DNA from: a virus
Taxonomy: Duplodnaviria > Caudoviricetes
IMG/VR virus record: IMGVR_UViG_3300049182_000044
Span: 160,001-224,000 of that record
Length of the DNA stretch: 64,000 nucleotides
Strand: one strand, 5' to 3'
The first letter of the stretch is position 1; each line of letters starts with the position of its first letter. The notes under the pieces were generated by a model. It was not told where the DNA came from, did no database searches, and saw only the letters and a program-made list of their open reading frames with translations. The position numbers and the translations under genes are program-made. This document shows, one piece after another, positions 44,736-53,358 of this stretch.

Positions 44736-46607
44736 TTAAACGTGTACCGTCTTCGGCTTCTTGTTGAAATCGCCACGAACATGGGCGGCTTTCATTGCAC
44801 GGACGATGTTGAGGTTGATCTTCTCGTTAGCTGCCTTCTGATTGCGAACGTATTTGGGCTTGCCAGTCTTCGACGATGCCTTCACTTCACCGGCTTCACC
44901 GAACTTACGGCTCAACAGAGGAACCTTACCTCCACGCGCATGAACAGCCGAACGTGTCTTGCCAGAAGGAGCATCCGAAGCCAACGCAACGAGGGCGCTT
45001 GCTGTAGCTTCTTCGTCGCCCTCTTCCGCAGCGCGCGGGTTGATCGCCTCCAGCTTATCCAGGTAGTCCTTGATCTTCTTGCGTGTTTCAATGTCATCAT
45101 CCTGCTGGCGCAGCAAATCGTCGATGTTCAACCCACCTGCAGCTGCCATAACACGCAGCGGGACTGGGACACCCTTCTCGGTCATGCTGTTGAGCATTTC
45201 GAGATACGCCGAATCGCCCTCAGGCTTCAACTGTTTTGCCCAGTGAATCGTCGGGATCAGCAACTTCGAGCCGTCATTCAGCCTGAACATTGCGTCTTCC
45301 GGAGTCATCTCACTCATCAAGTTTTCGCGAATGGAGACCTTGCCCTTCGATGTAAGCGTGTAGCCATTCAGCATCGAAATAAGCGGGAACAGCTTATCGT
45401 AGAAGAGCTTGCGCGTCAGCATTTCACGATAGGCACGCATTTGTTCGATGAAGACCGTCAGCGATGTGTCTGCTGTGTTGTAGTTGGCATCGCCACTGAG
45501 GAAGCCTTCCGAAATTCCCAACGCACGAAGCTTGTGCGCGAGGACAGAATCCGCGAAATCGCCGTGCTTCCAAAACTCACCGCCTTGGCGAAGTTCCTCG
45601 ACCGACACGCCCAGACGAGTTGCAATGATCGCTCCCAGCGGGTCGCTATCGGCGTTCATGAACAGGTCTGTAATGAATTCCAAGTCCTGTACAGTCGGTG
45701 TCCACTCCTCGCCGTCGCCCAGAGAGATATGCATGATGCCCCGTTGACGGCGAGCCGATTCGATCAGCGTGCCACGGAACAAGTTCTTTTCGATCAAGTA
45801 GATAGGGAGAATACGGCGGAAGTACGACGTACCGGAATCCGTTGTCGAGAACGTCTTACGCGGGATGTACATCGTGGACAGCGGATCGAGTTCAAGCGTA
45901 CCTGAAGTAATCTTCTCGATCACGGTCTTGCCGATCTGTTCCCGAATACGCTTCATGCGAGGCGTATCGCGTTTGAGCAGTTCCTGCACTTGCTCATTGA
46001 ACTTGACAGTAATGAAAGGGTCTTGCGAATAGAAAGGAAGGTTCTCGAAGGTCAAGTTCTCGATAGCATGAGGCATGATATCCGTGAACAGCTTCTTCTC
46101 TTTGTTGTACAGCAAAGACGAGGTATGCGCACCGAGTACCAGATAATCAACACTGATTTCCGGCAACAGGGTACGCAATGACAGACGTTCGAGCGTCTCT
46201 GCGAAAGTGTTTGCAATCTTTGGATCGCTAATACCACCCAGGGTGAATTCACTGAACGGCAAGGATGAGATAAGATCAACGGCCGATCCAGCTACGGGAT
46301 CGTGGTAGTACATGTCTCGATACAGGCGATGAAAATACGCTTGTTCAATCTGAGGCGTGATGCCCGTCAGCATCGGATCGAGATCGATGCTGATCGGGTT
46401 GTTCGACATGCTGGTGTTCTGCATACCGTTGACAGGGCCGGAGCTCAAGCTCGTGAACGGCGCTGCACCGCCTTGCTCTTCACTCTTGGTCTTTCTCACT
46501 GCGCGTGAGTTTGTGCCTAGCGACGTGTTACGTGCTGGCTTGTCTGAAGTGCCTACAGCGGGCCTCAGACCAAAGGCCACATTAGCACTCTTCTTAACCG
46601 TAATCAT
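44736..46607 (-). CDS. Portal protein
   Basis: 623 aa downstream of terminase; YYHDPVAGSAVDL, GTSY.RR.LP.Y..EK, F.EQM..YR. Confidence 0.8.
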   Translation of the reverse strand: MITVKKSANVAFGLRPAVGTSDKPARNTSLGTNSRAVRKTKSEEQGGAAPFTSLSSGPVNGMQNTSMSNNPISIDLDPMLTGITPQIEQAYFHRLYRDMYYHDPVAGSAVDLISSLPFSEFTLGGISDPKIANTFAETLERLSLRTLLPEISVDYLVLGAHTSSLLYNKEKKLFTDIMPHAIENLTFENLPFYSQDPFITVKFNEQVQELLKRDTPRMKRIREQIGKTVIEKITSGTLELDPLSTMYIPRKTFSTTDSGTSYFRRILPIYLIEKNLFRGTLIESARRQRGIMHISLGDGEEWTPTVQDLEFITDLFMNADSDPLGAIIATRLGVSVEELRQGGEFWKHGDFADSVLAHKLRALGISEGFLSGDANYNTADTSLTVFIEQMRAYREMLTRKLFYDKLFPLISMLNGYTLTSKGKVSIRENLMSEMTPEDAMFRLNDGSKLLIPTIHWAKQLKPEGDSAYLEMLNSMTEKGVPVPLRVMAAAGGLNIDDLLRQQDDDIETRKKIKDYLDKLEAINPRAAEEGDEEATASALVALASDAPSGKTRSAVHARGGKVPLLSRKFGEAGEVKASSKTGKPKYVRNQKAANEKINLNIVRAMKAAHVRGDFNKKPKTVHV

Positions 46608-46627
46608 TTCTATCCCTTTGCTTTGTC

Positions 46628-47206
46628 CTACTTAGTCAGTTTTTCGACAACTGCGTCCTTGGCTTTTTCGATGCTCACTCTGCGATGCAGTTCTTTCAGA
46701 CCGCACTCAGGACACAGGCAATCAAATACGAACCTGTAATTCGGATCGTTGTCCATCTTTCTCGCACGATTGTCCTTCTGCGTTTGCTGGTCAGTGCCGA
46801 GGACACCCCAACGCTCTACCTCCAGAAGTCCTGCACGACTCGGATGTGGGTCCCAGACTGGCTCGCCCATGTGCCCGACAATTGCATGGTGCGTGTGTAG
46901 ACGACCGGCCTTACGGTGCTCTTCTGTCCGCACTGTTGGGCCTGCAAGCAGGTGGAAAGGATTGGTTGGGCGCACACCGCCGAACTGATATCCATGAATC
47001 TCGAAGTAGCACAAGCCGTGGTGCTTCGACAAATACCCGTTCAGCACATTCATGTAGGAACCCCAGCCTCCGAAGAACTTGTGATTATCAAGAACTTCGA
47101 TCTCGTGCTGGGGTGGAAGCTTCTCTGGATCGATTTCCAGAATACAGGCAATCACGGTCTGCCAACAATTGCCCGGAGAGAGATTTGATTGCGTGTATTC
47201 TTTCAT
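46628..47206 (-). CDS. Cys-peptidase-like (C39-like) hypothetical protein
   Basis: 192 aa; GNCWQTVIACIL, HHAIV...VWDPHP. Confidence 0.4.
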   Translation of the reverse strand: MKEYTQSNLSPGNCWQTVIACILEIDPEKLPPQHEIEVLDNHKFFGGWGSYMNVLNGYLSKHHGLCYFEIHGYQFGGVRPTNPFHLLAGPTVRTEEHRKAGRLHTHHAIVGHMGEPVWDPHPSRAGLLEVERWGVLGTDQQTQKDNRARKMDNDPNYRFVFDCLCPECGLKELHRRVSIEKAKDAVVEKLTK

Positions 47207-47213
47207 GGTCGTC

Positions 47214-47669
47214 TTAATAGTGAAGTTTAGCTTCGAGTTGTGCTTTCGCCTTCGTGTATTTCACAATCTCGTCTTGATAGTGTTTCTTCTTCGCAGCGCG
47301 TTGATCCTTGTTCAAGGACTTGTTGCCGGCCAGGCTTCTCAGGAGCTTGCGATTGCCGCTAAGGATTCGCTTAACGGTACGCAGCTTCTTCTTCAGGATC
47401 GACAGTTTGTCTGCATCGAGCTTCTTTGCAAGAGCTACTTTCTCCGCTACCGGCTTTGCCTTAGATTTCGGGTCGGCCGATTTCCCGAGCTTGAACGCCT
47501 TTCCGAACTTAGAATTCGGGTGCCGTTTCAAGTAAGCGGCCTTCTGCGTCTTGGTTAGCAGCTCCCACCAATGGACGCTCTTTGCAGAGCTCTTCTTGGT
47601 GGGATTCAGCAGCTTCTTTTTCTTAGCAGCCACTTCCTTGCTAGCCTTTTTCGATTTATCGCTGGCCAT
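47214..47669 (-). CDS. Very basic protein with W..LTK.Q..YL..HPNSK motif
   Basis: 151 aa, Lys-rich. Confidence 0.6.
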   Translation of the reverse strand: MASDKSKKASKEVAAKKKKLLNPTKKSSAKSVHWWELLTKTQKAAYLKRHPNSKFGKAFKLGKSADPKSKAKPVAEKVALAKKLDADKLSILKKKLRTVKRILSGNRKLLRSLAGNKSLNKDQRAAKKKHYQDEIVKYTKAKAQLEAKLHY

Positions 47670-47681
47670 GATCGGCCTCCG

Positions 47682-47915
47682 TTAGACGCAGGGTGTGCAC
47701 TGGTCATCCGGCAGCGGAACAGAAACGCGATCTGCCTGACAGTAGAACACGGTGTCGTTGTTAGCGATAACCGCACGGGTCATCGTGGTCTTGCACTTCG
47801 GACAGACACCGACTTCTTCGTTATACAGTGAAGCGGTTGCTGTATGCCTCGCCTCTACGTCCGCTGTGGAAGACAGGGCCTCCAGCGGATTGAAGATTTT
47901 ACGTGGTTGGTTCAT
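47682..47915 (-). CDS. Small Zn-ribbon protein
   Basis: 77 aa; CPKC...YC..D. Confidence 0.6.
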   Translation of the reverse strand: MNQPRKIFNPLEALSSTADVEARHTATASLYNEEVGVCPKCKTTMTRAVIANNDTVFYCQADRVSVPLPDDQCTPCV

Positions 47916-47951
47916 GATTTCCTCGAAAGTGAGTACTATGTTGATTCCTCA

Positions 47952-47961
47952 AAATTACGAT
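47952..47961 (-). promoter_or_regulatory. Putative late promoter motif ATCGTAATTT (copy 4)
   Basis: Exact repeat 9 nt after terminase stop, upstream of portal operon. Confidence 0.55.
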
Positions 47962-47969
47962 TTCTTGCG

Positions 47970-50183
47970 TTAGCGAGCTTTCTTAATGACACCCATCGCC
48001 TGCGGGGAAACCGATTCTGCTGTAAGCTGGCCACCGCCTCTGGCGCTGCCACCGCCCGAAGCACCGCGATAAACCGCACCTTGAGAGATATCTACGCGGC
48101 TCTTAACCGCGCTATCAGCCTGATTAAACAGGTCTTCGTACTCGGGATTCAGCAGCATGGTGACCGCAAGCATTGCCGCCCGCATCAGATCGTCAGTAAG
48201 CTGGTCGCCTTTGATGACCTGAGAACCCGTGTCTTGAACTGTCAGGCATTGCAGGATGAAATGCTCTACCGGCCTGCCCTTGAAAATCTCAGGATACTTG
48301 GATTGGTCATATTCAAGAATCTGCTGCATTTCCCATTCCGGTTGTGGGAAACTCAACTGATTGTCGAGAACATAGGATTTGAAATTCTGCATGTCCGCGT
48401 ATTTCAGCGAATACTGCTTCGTCTCAATATCACAATCCTCTTCTGCATCGGACAGAATCTTCAAGGAGTTCCAACGGTCAGCTGCCATGAGTTTGACGTT
48501 CCGGTCGTCAATGATCGGGACAATGATCTCGTCGTAGATCTTCCTGTAGTTTAGAGGGATACCGGGAAGGGGCATTACCTCAGCCAACAGGGCGATATGC
48601 GGGAACTTGTGATCCTTGAGATATGCAACACAGCACGCAAAGCTGTTATTCGAGTAGCCTGCGTCTATGCAAAGAACACTGGGCTTGCCCGAAGGCTTCA
48701 TCTTGTCGATTTTGGCGAATCGAGTGGTCGTTCCGTCCTTGGCCTTCTTTTGAGCGTGGCTGATCTTGATCGGATTCTTCTTCTCGCCGATACACTCTTC
48801 AACTGCTGCCTGACTGCTGATAAACGGATTGCTGGTGAGAGGAGGTTGTGCTCCATAGTCACGCATCGCCGCGACAGGGTCTTTGCGGAACTCCTCTTCT
48901 AGCGCCTGACGCGAAACCGTGGGGTTCATTTCCCACGTAGGCTTCACCACACCATAGATCTTTTTGGAACCCTGGGAGGTACGAACCAACTCCATGATCT
49001 TATCGCGCACCGAAGACGGAGACGAAATGTTCAGGAAGTAACCAGTCGGCACCATGTCAAAGCCGCGTTCAATCAACTTGTCTGCAGAGGCACGGACGGT
49101 AAGGAGAGAACGCTCCAACGCGATATAGACCTCGTTCGCGTTCATCTTCACGTTTTTCAGCGCCGCAACGTCATTCGGGAACCAGCCCAATTCGTCGATT
49201 GAGGCAAAGAAGCGTGTACGACCACGAAGTGTACGTTTATCCGGACCTGCGGGATAGACCAGCAAGCGACGGTGACGATACATGACGAAGGTGTCTTTCA
49301 GCTTGACCAGCTCTTCGCCGAAACGCTCACCAGTCTCAATAAGCATTTGATGATACGTGGAGAACCACGGGCTGTCAGTCAAGTGACCGTAGTACGGCTC
49401 CCACAGAGTATCCTTAGCCTGCGCATAGGTAAGAGCAGCGAACGTACCGTGAAGCACGTTCGCATTCATTAACCCGTACACTTCGTTTGGCTTTTGCAGC
49501 TTGATCTGAAGGTGGGTCAGGTACGAAGCCATCATACCCAGCCATGCGGACTTACCTGAACGTTGGCCGGCGGAGATAGCTCCTTCGTAATAGAAGTTCT
49601 GCTTGCCCTTCTTGACGTAGTGCGCACGGCCTTTCTTGCAATGCGGGCACACGCCTTTGTCGTACAGAGCAACCTTGCGCTCGAAGGTATTGAGAGAGTC
49701 ATCAACCTTATGGGTGTGATCGAACCACTCCATGTCAGTACAGTTCGGGCAATACTCTGCCAGAATACGTGTACCGAGAATTGCCTGCTCGATGTACGGC
49801 TTCTGTTTCAGGAACTTGTCCGAAACGCAGAAGGTGTAGAAATTCGGTGCTTGTAGGAAGTCACGATCATTGATCTTAATGTCAGACGACACCGGAGTGT
49901 CGGACGCGAGAACATCATCAATGACCTTAGAGATATCGAAGCCCGCGTTATCTTCCGGCATCAAAATAGGAGGACCGTCCAGTTCGTCTTGAACCTGACG
50001 GTAGTTGCCGATGTCAATTTCTGCGAAGTTGAACAGGCGTTCGATTGCGTCTACCTTCGATTGCTTGGTTTCGCTGAAACGAGGGCAAACGTAAATAACC
50101 GACTTGAGATTATCCTTACACTCGAAATACTTAGAGCAGCCTAAGCAGTTCTTGGTTGGTGGTGAGCCTGATAGCGTTAGCAT
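47970..50183 (-). CDS. terL: Terminase large subunit
   Basis: 737 aa; Q motif PYIEQ, Walker A AGQRSGKS, Walker B IDELGW, ISSP, C-terminal RNase H-like (IDAG, ADRWN, DDL). Confidence 0.9.
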   Translation of the reverse strand: MLTLSGSPPTKNCLGCSKYFECKDNLKSVIYVCPRFSETKQSKVDAIERLFNFAEIDIGNYRQVQDELDGPPILMPEDNAGFDISKVIDDVLASDTPVSSDIKINDRDFLQAPNFYTFCVSDKFLKQKPYIEQAILGTRILAEYCPNCTDMEWFDHTHKVDDSLNTFERKVALYDKGVCPHCKKGRAHYVKKGKQNFYYEGAISAGQRSGKSAWLGMMASYLTHLQIKLQKPNEVYGLMNANVLHGTFAALTYAQAKDTLWEPYYGHLTDSPWFSTYHQMLIETGERFGEELVKLKDTFVMYRHRRLLVYPAGPDKRTLRGRTRFFASIDELGWFPNDVAALKNVKMNANEVYIALERSLLTVRASADKLIERGFDMVPTGYFLNISSPSSVRDKIMELVRTSQGSKKIYGVVKPTWEMNPTVSRQALEEEFRKDPVAAMRDYGAQPPLTSNPFISSQAAVEECIGEKKNPIKISHAQKKAKDGTTTRFAKIDKMKPSGKPSVLCIDAGYSNNSFACCVAYLKDHKFPHIALLAEVMPLPGIPLNYRKIYDEIIVPIIDDRNVKLMAADRWNSLKILSDAEEDCDIETKQYSLKYADMQNFKSYVLDNQLSFPQPEWEMQQILEYDQSKYPEIFKGRPVEHFILQCLTVQDTGSQVIKGDQLTDDLMRAAMLAVTMLLNPEYEDLFNQADSAVKSRVDISQGAVYRGASGGGSARGGGQLTAESVSPQAMGVIKKAR

Positions 50184-50194
50184 AGTGGTTCATT

Positions 50195-51289
50195 CTAGAA
50201 TCCTCCTGCCATCGGCTTGGCTGAATCAGTACGTGTACGCTTTGTCGCTCGAGCGCCGTCAGTAGTCATACCGATTCGCTTGTCTTTGGCGTTGTGTGTA
50301 CGCACCGCTCCCTGCTTAGCCTGATGTTCGGAGTGTTTGACCAACACGCCTTCCAGCTCGCGCAATTGCGAACTAATGGCATCCGATTTGTTTGTCTTTT
50401 GCATAGTCTCTAATGAGGCTTTGGAGAGTTCGTCGATGAAGCGTTGCATGTAGCGTTTCTTCAAGGAGCGAGGGAGTGACAAGCGTTTGAGGTAGAAGAA
50501 CACAACATCGAGTCGTGCCAGTTCTTTTACTACCTCTAGTACACCGCGGTCAATGTCTACGTCAATCTTCAAACCATCTGCGAGGACGGTTTTGACGTAA
50601 TTAGAAGCTGCGTCGTAAGACAGCAGCGAAGGTGCTGAATTGGTCAACAAGAGCTGACTCAAATCCTTTGTGCGGCGTTCTGTCTTACGCGCCACACTCT
50701 TCAATAGTGATTCGGGAATACTCACCACGTTTTGCAGGGCGAGGCCCTCAGCCTCACGCGGCATCATACTCGCGTAATTGATTTCCAACTGAGGCATAAC
50801 ACCAGGCGTTCGTTTCGGCACCGGCTTAGGAGGCTTGATCGGCTCTACGGTCAGCTTGGCCTTCTTCTTTTTCTTCTTAGGTTTGTCAGCCTTCTTCGGT
50901 ACACCAACCTTTGCAATGTCTTCTTCAGTGGTTTTTATTTTGACCTTGTCCTTCGTACCCTTTTTCTTTTTCTTCTGTGCATCAGGCAAAGGTGCGGGCG
51001 GAGCCGCAGGTGCGGCCCCAATGATTACTGGCTCGACGGTCTTGGCTTTCGTCTTAGGCTTCTCAGCTTGTTCTGCCAATTTCTTCTTCGACGGTTTGTA
51101 GATGTCTGATAGCACTTGCTCAGGCTCGCGCTTCTTTTTCTTTTTCTTCTTTTTGGGAGTATCAACGATCCCGAAGATGCCCTCGGGAATTTCAGTATTG
51201 ACTCCGAACTTTTCAGGCTTCTTATGTTTGCTAATCACCTTAGTTCCCACTTTCTTCGTCTTCAATGAAATGACGTACTCGACGGCCAT
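50195..51289 (-). CDS. Lys-rich hypothetical protein upstream of terL (terminase small subunit candidate)
   Basis: 364 aa; basic low-complexity N-half, helical C-half; function by position only. Confidence 0.35.
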   Translation of the reverse strand: MAVEYVISLKTKKVGTKVISKHKKPEKFGVNTEIPEGIFGIVDTPKKKKKKKKREPEQVLSDIYKPSKKKLAEQAEKPKTKAKTVEPVIIGAAPAAPPAPLPDAQKKKKKGTKDKVKIKTTEEDIAKVGVPKKADKPKKKKKKAKLTVEPIKPPKPVPKRTPGVMPQLEINYASMMPREAEGLALQNVVSIPESLLKSVARKTERRTKDLSQLLLTNSAPSLLSYDAASNYVKTVLADGLKIDVDIDRGVLEVVKELARLDVVFFYLKRLSLPRSLKKRYMQRFIDELSKASLETMQKTNKSDAISSQLRELEGVLVKHSEHQAKQGAVRTHNAKDKRIGMTTDGARATKRTRTDSAKPMAGGF

Positions 51290-51731
51290 CCCTCTTTGAG
51301 AAGCCGCTGCGCCAGGCCATACGGACGACTAAATTCTTTTTAGTCTTGCCTGCCATCTTCCGATTCTTCGAGCTGATTACGCTTTTCAGGTATCCGGTTT
51401 TCGGGCAGAGGATAAGTACACCGACGCCTGACCCTTTCAGATCTACTTTCAAGCGGTCCTTCAGCTTTTCGTAGACAGGCTCGGAAAATACGAAATACAT
51501 CTTGTTGGAGTATTCGAGATAGTGCCGCCATTTGGTATCGGTAGCGTAATCCTGAACACTCGATTTGATCTCGAACAAAAGTATGTGACAGCGCAGATTC
51601 AGGCAGATCACGTCTCCACGCAGCTTACCCCAGGAATTGAGGCCCAGCTCAGTGAAGCAGGAATAGCCCTTCTTCAATGCATAGGAACATGCCGCGGCCT
51701 TTAGAACATCCGCAACCTGACGCCGTTTCAT
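51240..51731 (-). CDS. mmcB: MmcB-family PD-(D/E)XK DNA repair nuclease
   Basis: 163 aa from ATG 51731; RGDV, LFEIKSSVQDY..D.KW..Y..Y.NKMYF. Confidence 0.8.
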   Translation of the reverse strand: MKRRQVADVLKAAACSYALKKGYSCFTELGLNSWGKLRGDVICLNLRCHILLFEIKSSVQDYATDTKWRHYLEYSNKMYFVFSEPVYEKLKDRLKVDLKGSGVGVLILCPKTGYLKSVISSKNRKMAGKTKKNLVVRMAWRSGFSKRDGRRVRHFIEDEESGN

Positions 51732-51796
51732 CTTATTCTCTCGTTCTGACAATGATGCTACTAAATTGTCATTTTCAACGAGAAAATGAAAAGTGA

Positions 51797-51840
51797 GCCC
51801 CAAAGGGCAAAAGGCCAATACCCGTGAAGATATTGGCCTT
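51797..51840 (-). terminator. Tandem stem-loops
   Basis: AAGGCCAATA/TATTGGCCTT 10-bp stem plus GCCC/GGGC hairpin and T-rich tail. Confidence 0.65.
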
Positions 51841-51854
51841 GTCTATTTACAGTA

Positions 51855-52211
51855 TCAGCGTGCGTGTGGATCAAATGATTTGTGGGTTTCGACGTATGTA
51901 CGAACCTTGACCGGCATCATACCCAGGCGTACTGCCAGAGCCGTCACTACAGCATCGTAGAAGGTCGCCATCTGCGGGTAACGATTTTCTGGATTGTACC
52001 AACAGCTCTTGTCGCTGTCAAAATCAACGCCCACCCAGTTGTACCCAAACTGCACAACCGACAACTTGTGCGTGAAGCTCGTGTCCCGAGCGTTGTAGGC
52101 AATCAGCAACTGCATAGCCTCTTCATGCTGACGATTCTCTATCGGACCCGGCGTACGGCCTAGGTCACTGTAGATACGCAGAATGTCAGTTGTGGTTAGT
52201 GTTGTCATCAT
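51855..52211 (-). CDS. Hypothetical protein
   Basis: 118 aa from ATG 52211 (AAAGGA, ATGA overlap). Confidence 0.6.
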   Translation of the reverse strand: MMTTLTTTDILRIYSDLGRTPGPIENRQHEEAMQLLIAYNARDTSFTHKLSVVQFGYNWVGVDFDSDKSCWYNPENRYPQMATFYDAVVTALAVRLGMMPVKVRTYVETHKSFDPHAR

Positions 52212-52408
52212 GTGCTTTCCTTTAAACCAACCCAAAAGAAACGCATCATCTTGCCTTGATTCGCAGGTCCCACCTCAACTTTTTTATCATGCTTGTGCCG
52301 CACAACTATCGACTGCGGATACGTCTTCATCGTAGCCGGGTCTTGTACGGAACCCTCACTAATGAGCTGTATCTCAACTTGCTCACCCGCCTTTAAGAAG
52401 ATAATCAT
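52208..52408 (-). CDS. Small hypothetical protein
   Basis: 66 aa, ATGA overlaps both sides. Confidence 0.55.
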   Translation of the reverse strand: MIIFLKAGEQVEIQLISEGSVQDPATMKTYPQSIVVRHKHDKKVEVGPANQGKMMRFFWVGLKEST

Positions 52409-52605
52409 ATCTTGCCTTGTAAAAAGTCACCCATCAAACGGCGAAATACCTTGACTGGATCTCGCATCGTGTGCTGCATACAGACGTCATGCGGCTCATC
52501 CTTGAACATATAGCAGTGAAGCTTCTGCTCTTCAGGCTTGGAAGCTTCAATTGCGCGCTGTGTTTTGTGATGATCGCACTCGGGACAGTTATTTGGATTT
52601 GGCAC
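52405..52605 (-). CDS. Small Cys-rich protein
   Basis: 66 aa; CPECDHH, HC, C.QH. Confidence 0.55.
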   Translation of the reverse strand: MPNPNNCPECDHHKTQRAIEASKPEEQKLHCYMFKDEPHDVCMQHTMRDPVKVFRRLMGDFLQGKI

Positions 52606-53020
52606 GCTTTACCTTGTCTTTCTCAAGCGCAGCTTGCAGCTTGGTGACTTGCTTCTCAAGAGCTGCGATGCGCTTGTTCGCCTTCACTAATTCCGAGTCA
52701 GCCTTTTTAGCGAAGAGTAGGGTATTCATACCCGTTGCTGTTGCAAGGCCATGGGCACCAGCACTCATTTCAACAAGCTTGCCCATGAAGTCGCAAATGT
52801 GCTTACTGGTCTCTGAGCTACGAAGGAGCGATTCATAGTAAGCGCGTTCAGCGTCCGGGATATCTTTTTTGCTCAAATGCTTTTTGCAAGTGCCCATGTC
52901 CTCAGAGGTACGAAGGCGCAAAACCTGAAGGTGCTTCAGCAGCAGCATACGAAGCTGTTGACCTTCCTGCCTCGGGTCTGCCATAACACCTTTCTTGCTT
53001 GCGGGTTTCGGGGTAGCCAT
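52589..53020 (-). CDS. Hypothetical coiled-coil protein
   Basis: 143 aa, AAGGA SD. Confidence 0.6.
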   Translation of the reverse strand: MATPKPASKKGVMADPRQEGQQLRMLLLKHLQVLRLRTSEDMGTCKKHLSKKDIPDAERAYYESLLRSSETSKHICDFMGKLVEMSAGAHGLATATGMNTLLFAKKADSELVKANKRIAALEKQVTKLQAALEKDKVKRAKSK

Positions 53021-53031
53021 GATAGATCCTT

Positions 53032-53358
53032 TCAGTTATTGATTGAATGTTCTGGTTGACCATAGGTTTCCCCAATGGCTATCAGCTCTACAACCTCTTG
53101 GTCGAGTTCCAAAACGTACTGGTCGTCCATGTGAAATTTGTCCTCGCCTGGATGTCCTGCCCGTACTTTGTCCTTACCTATGCGATACACGATCAGCAAA
53201 ACGTGGTCGATGTAGGTTTCCGGATCGAGTTCTTCAACGAACTTGGCTATCACCAGTGTTCCGGGAACAACGTCTTTCGCTTTAAGCTTCTTCCCGTGCT
53301 CGTACATCTTGTCGAGGGCTCCAAACAGGATTTCACGCTCTTTCAGGTTTGCAATCAT
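53032..53358 (-). CDS. Hypothetical protein
   Basis: 108 aa, ATGA overlap. Confidence 0.6.
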   Translation of the reverse strand: MIANLKEREILFGALDKMYEHGKKLKAKDVVPGTLVIAKFVEELDPETYIDHVLLIVYRIGKDKVRAGHPGEDKFHMDDQYVLELDQEVVELIAIGETYGQPEHSINN

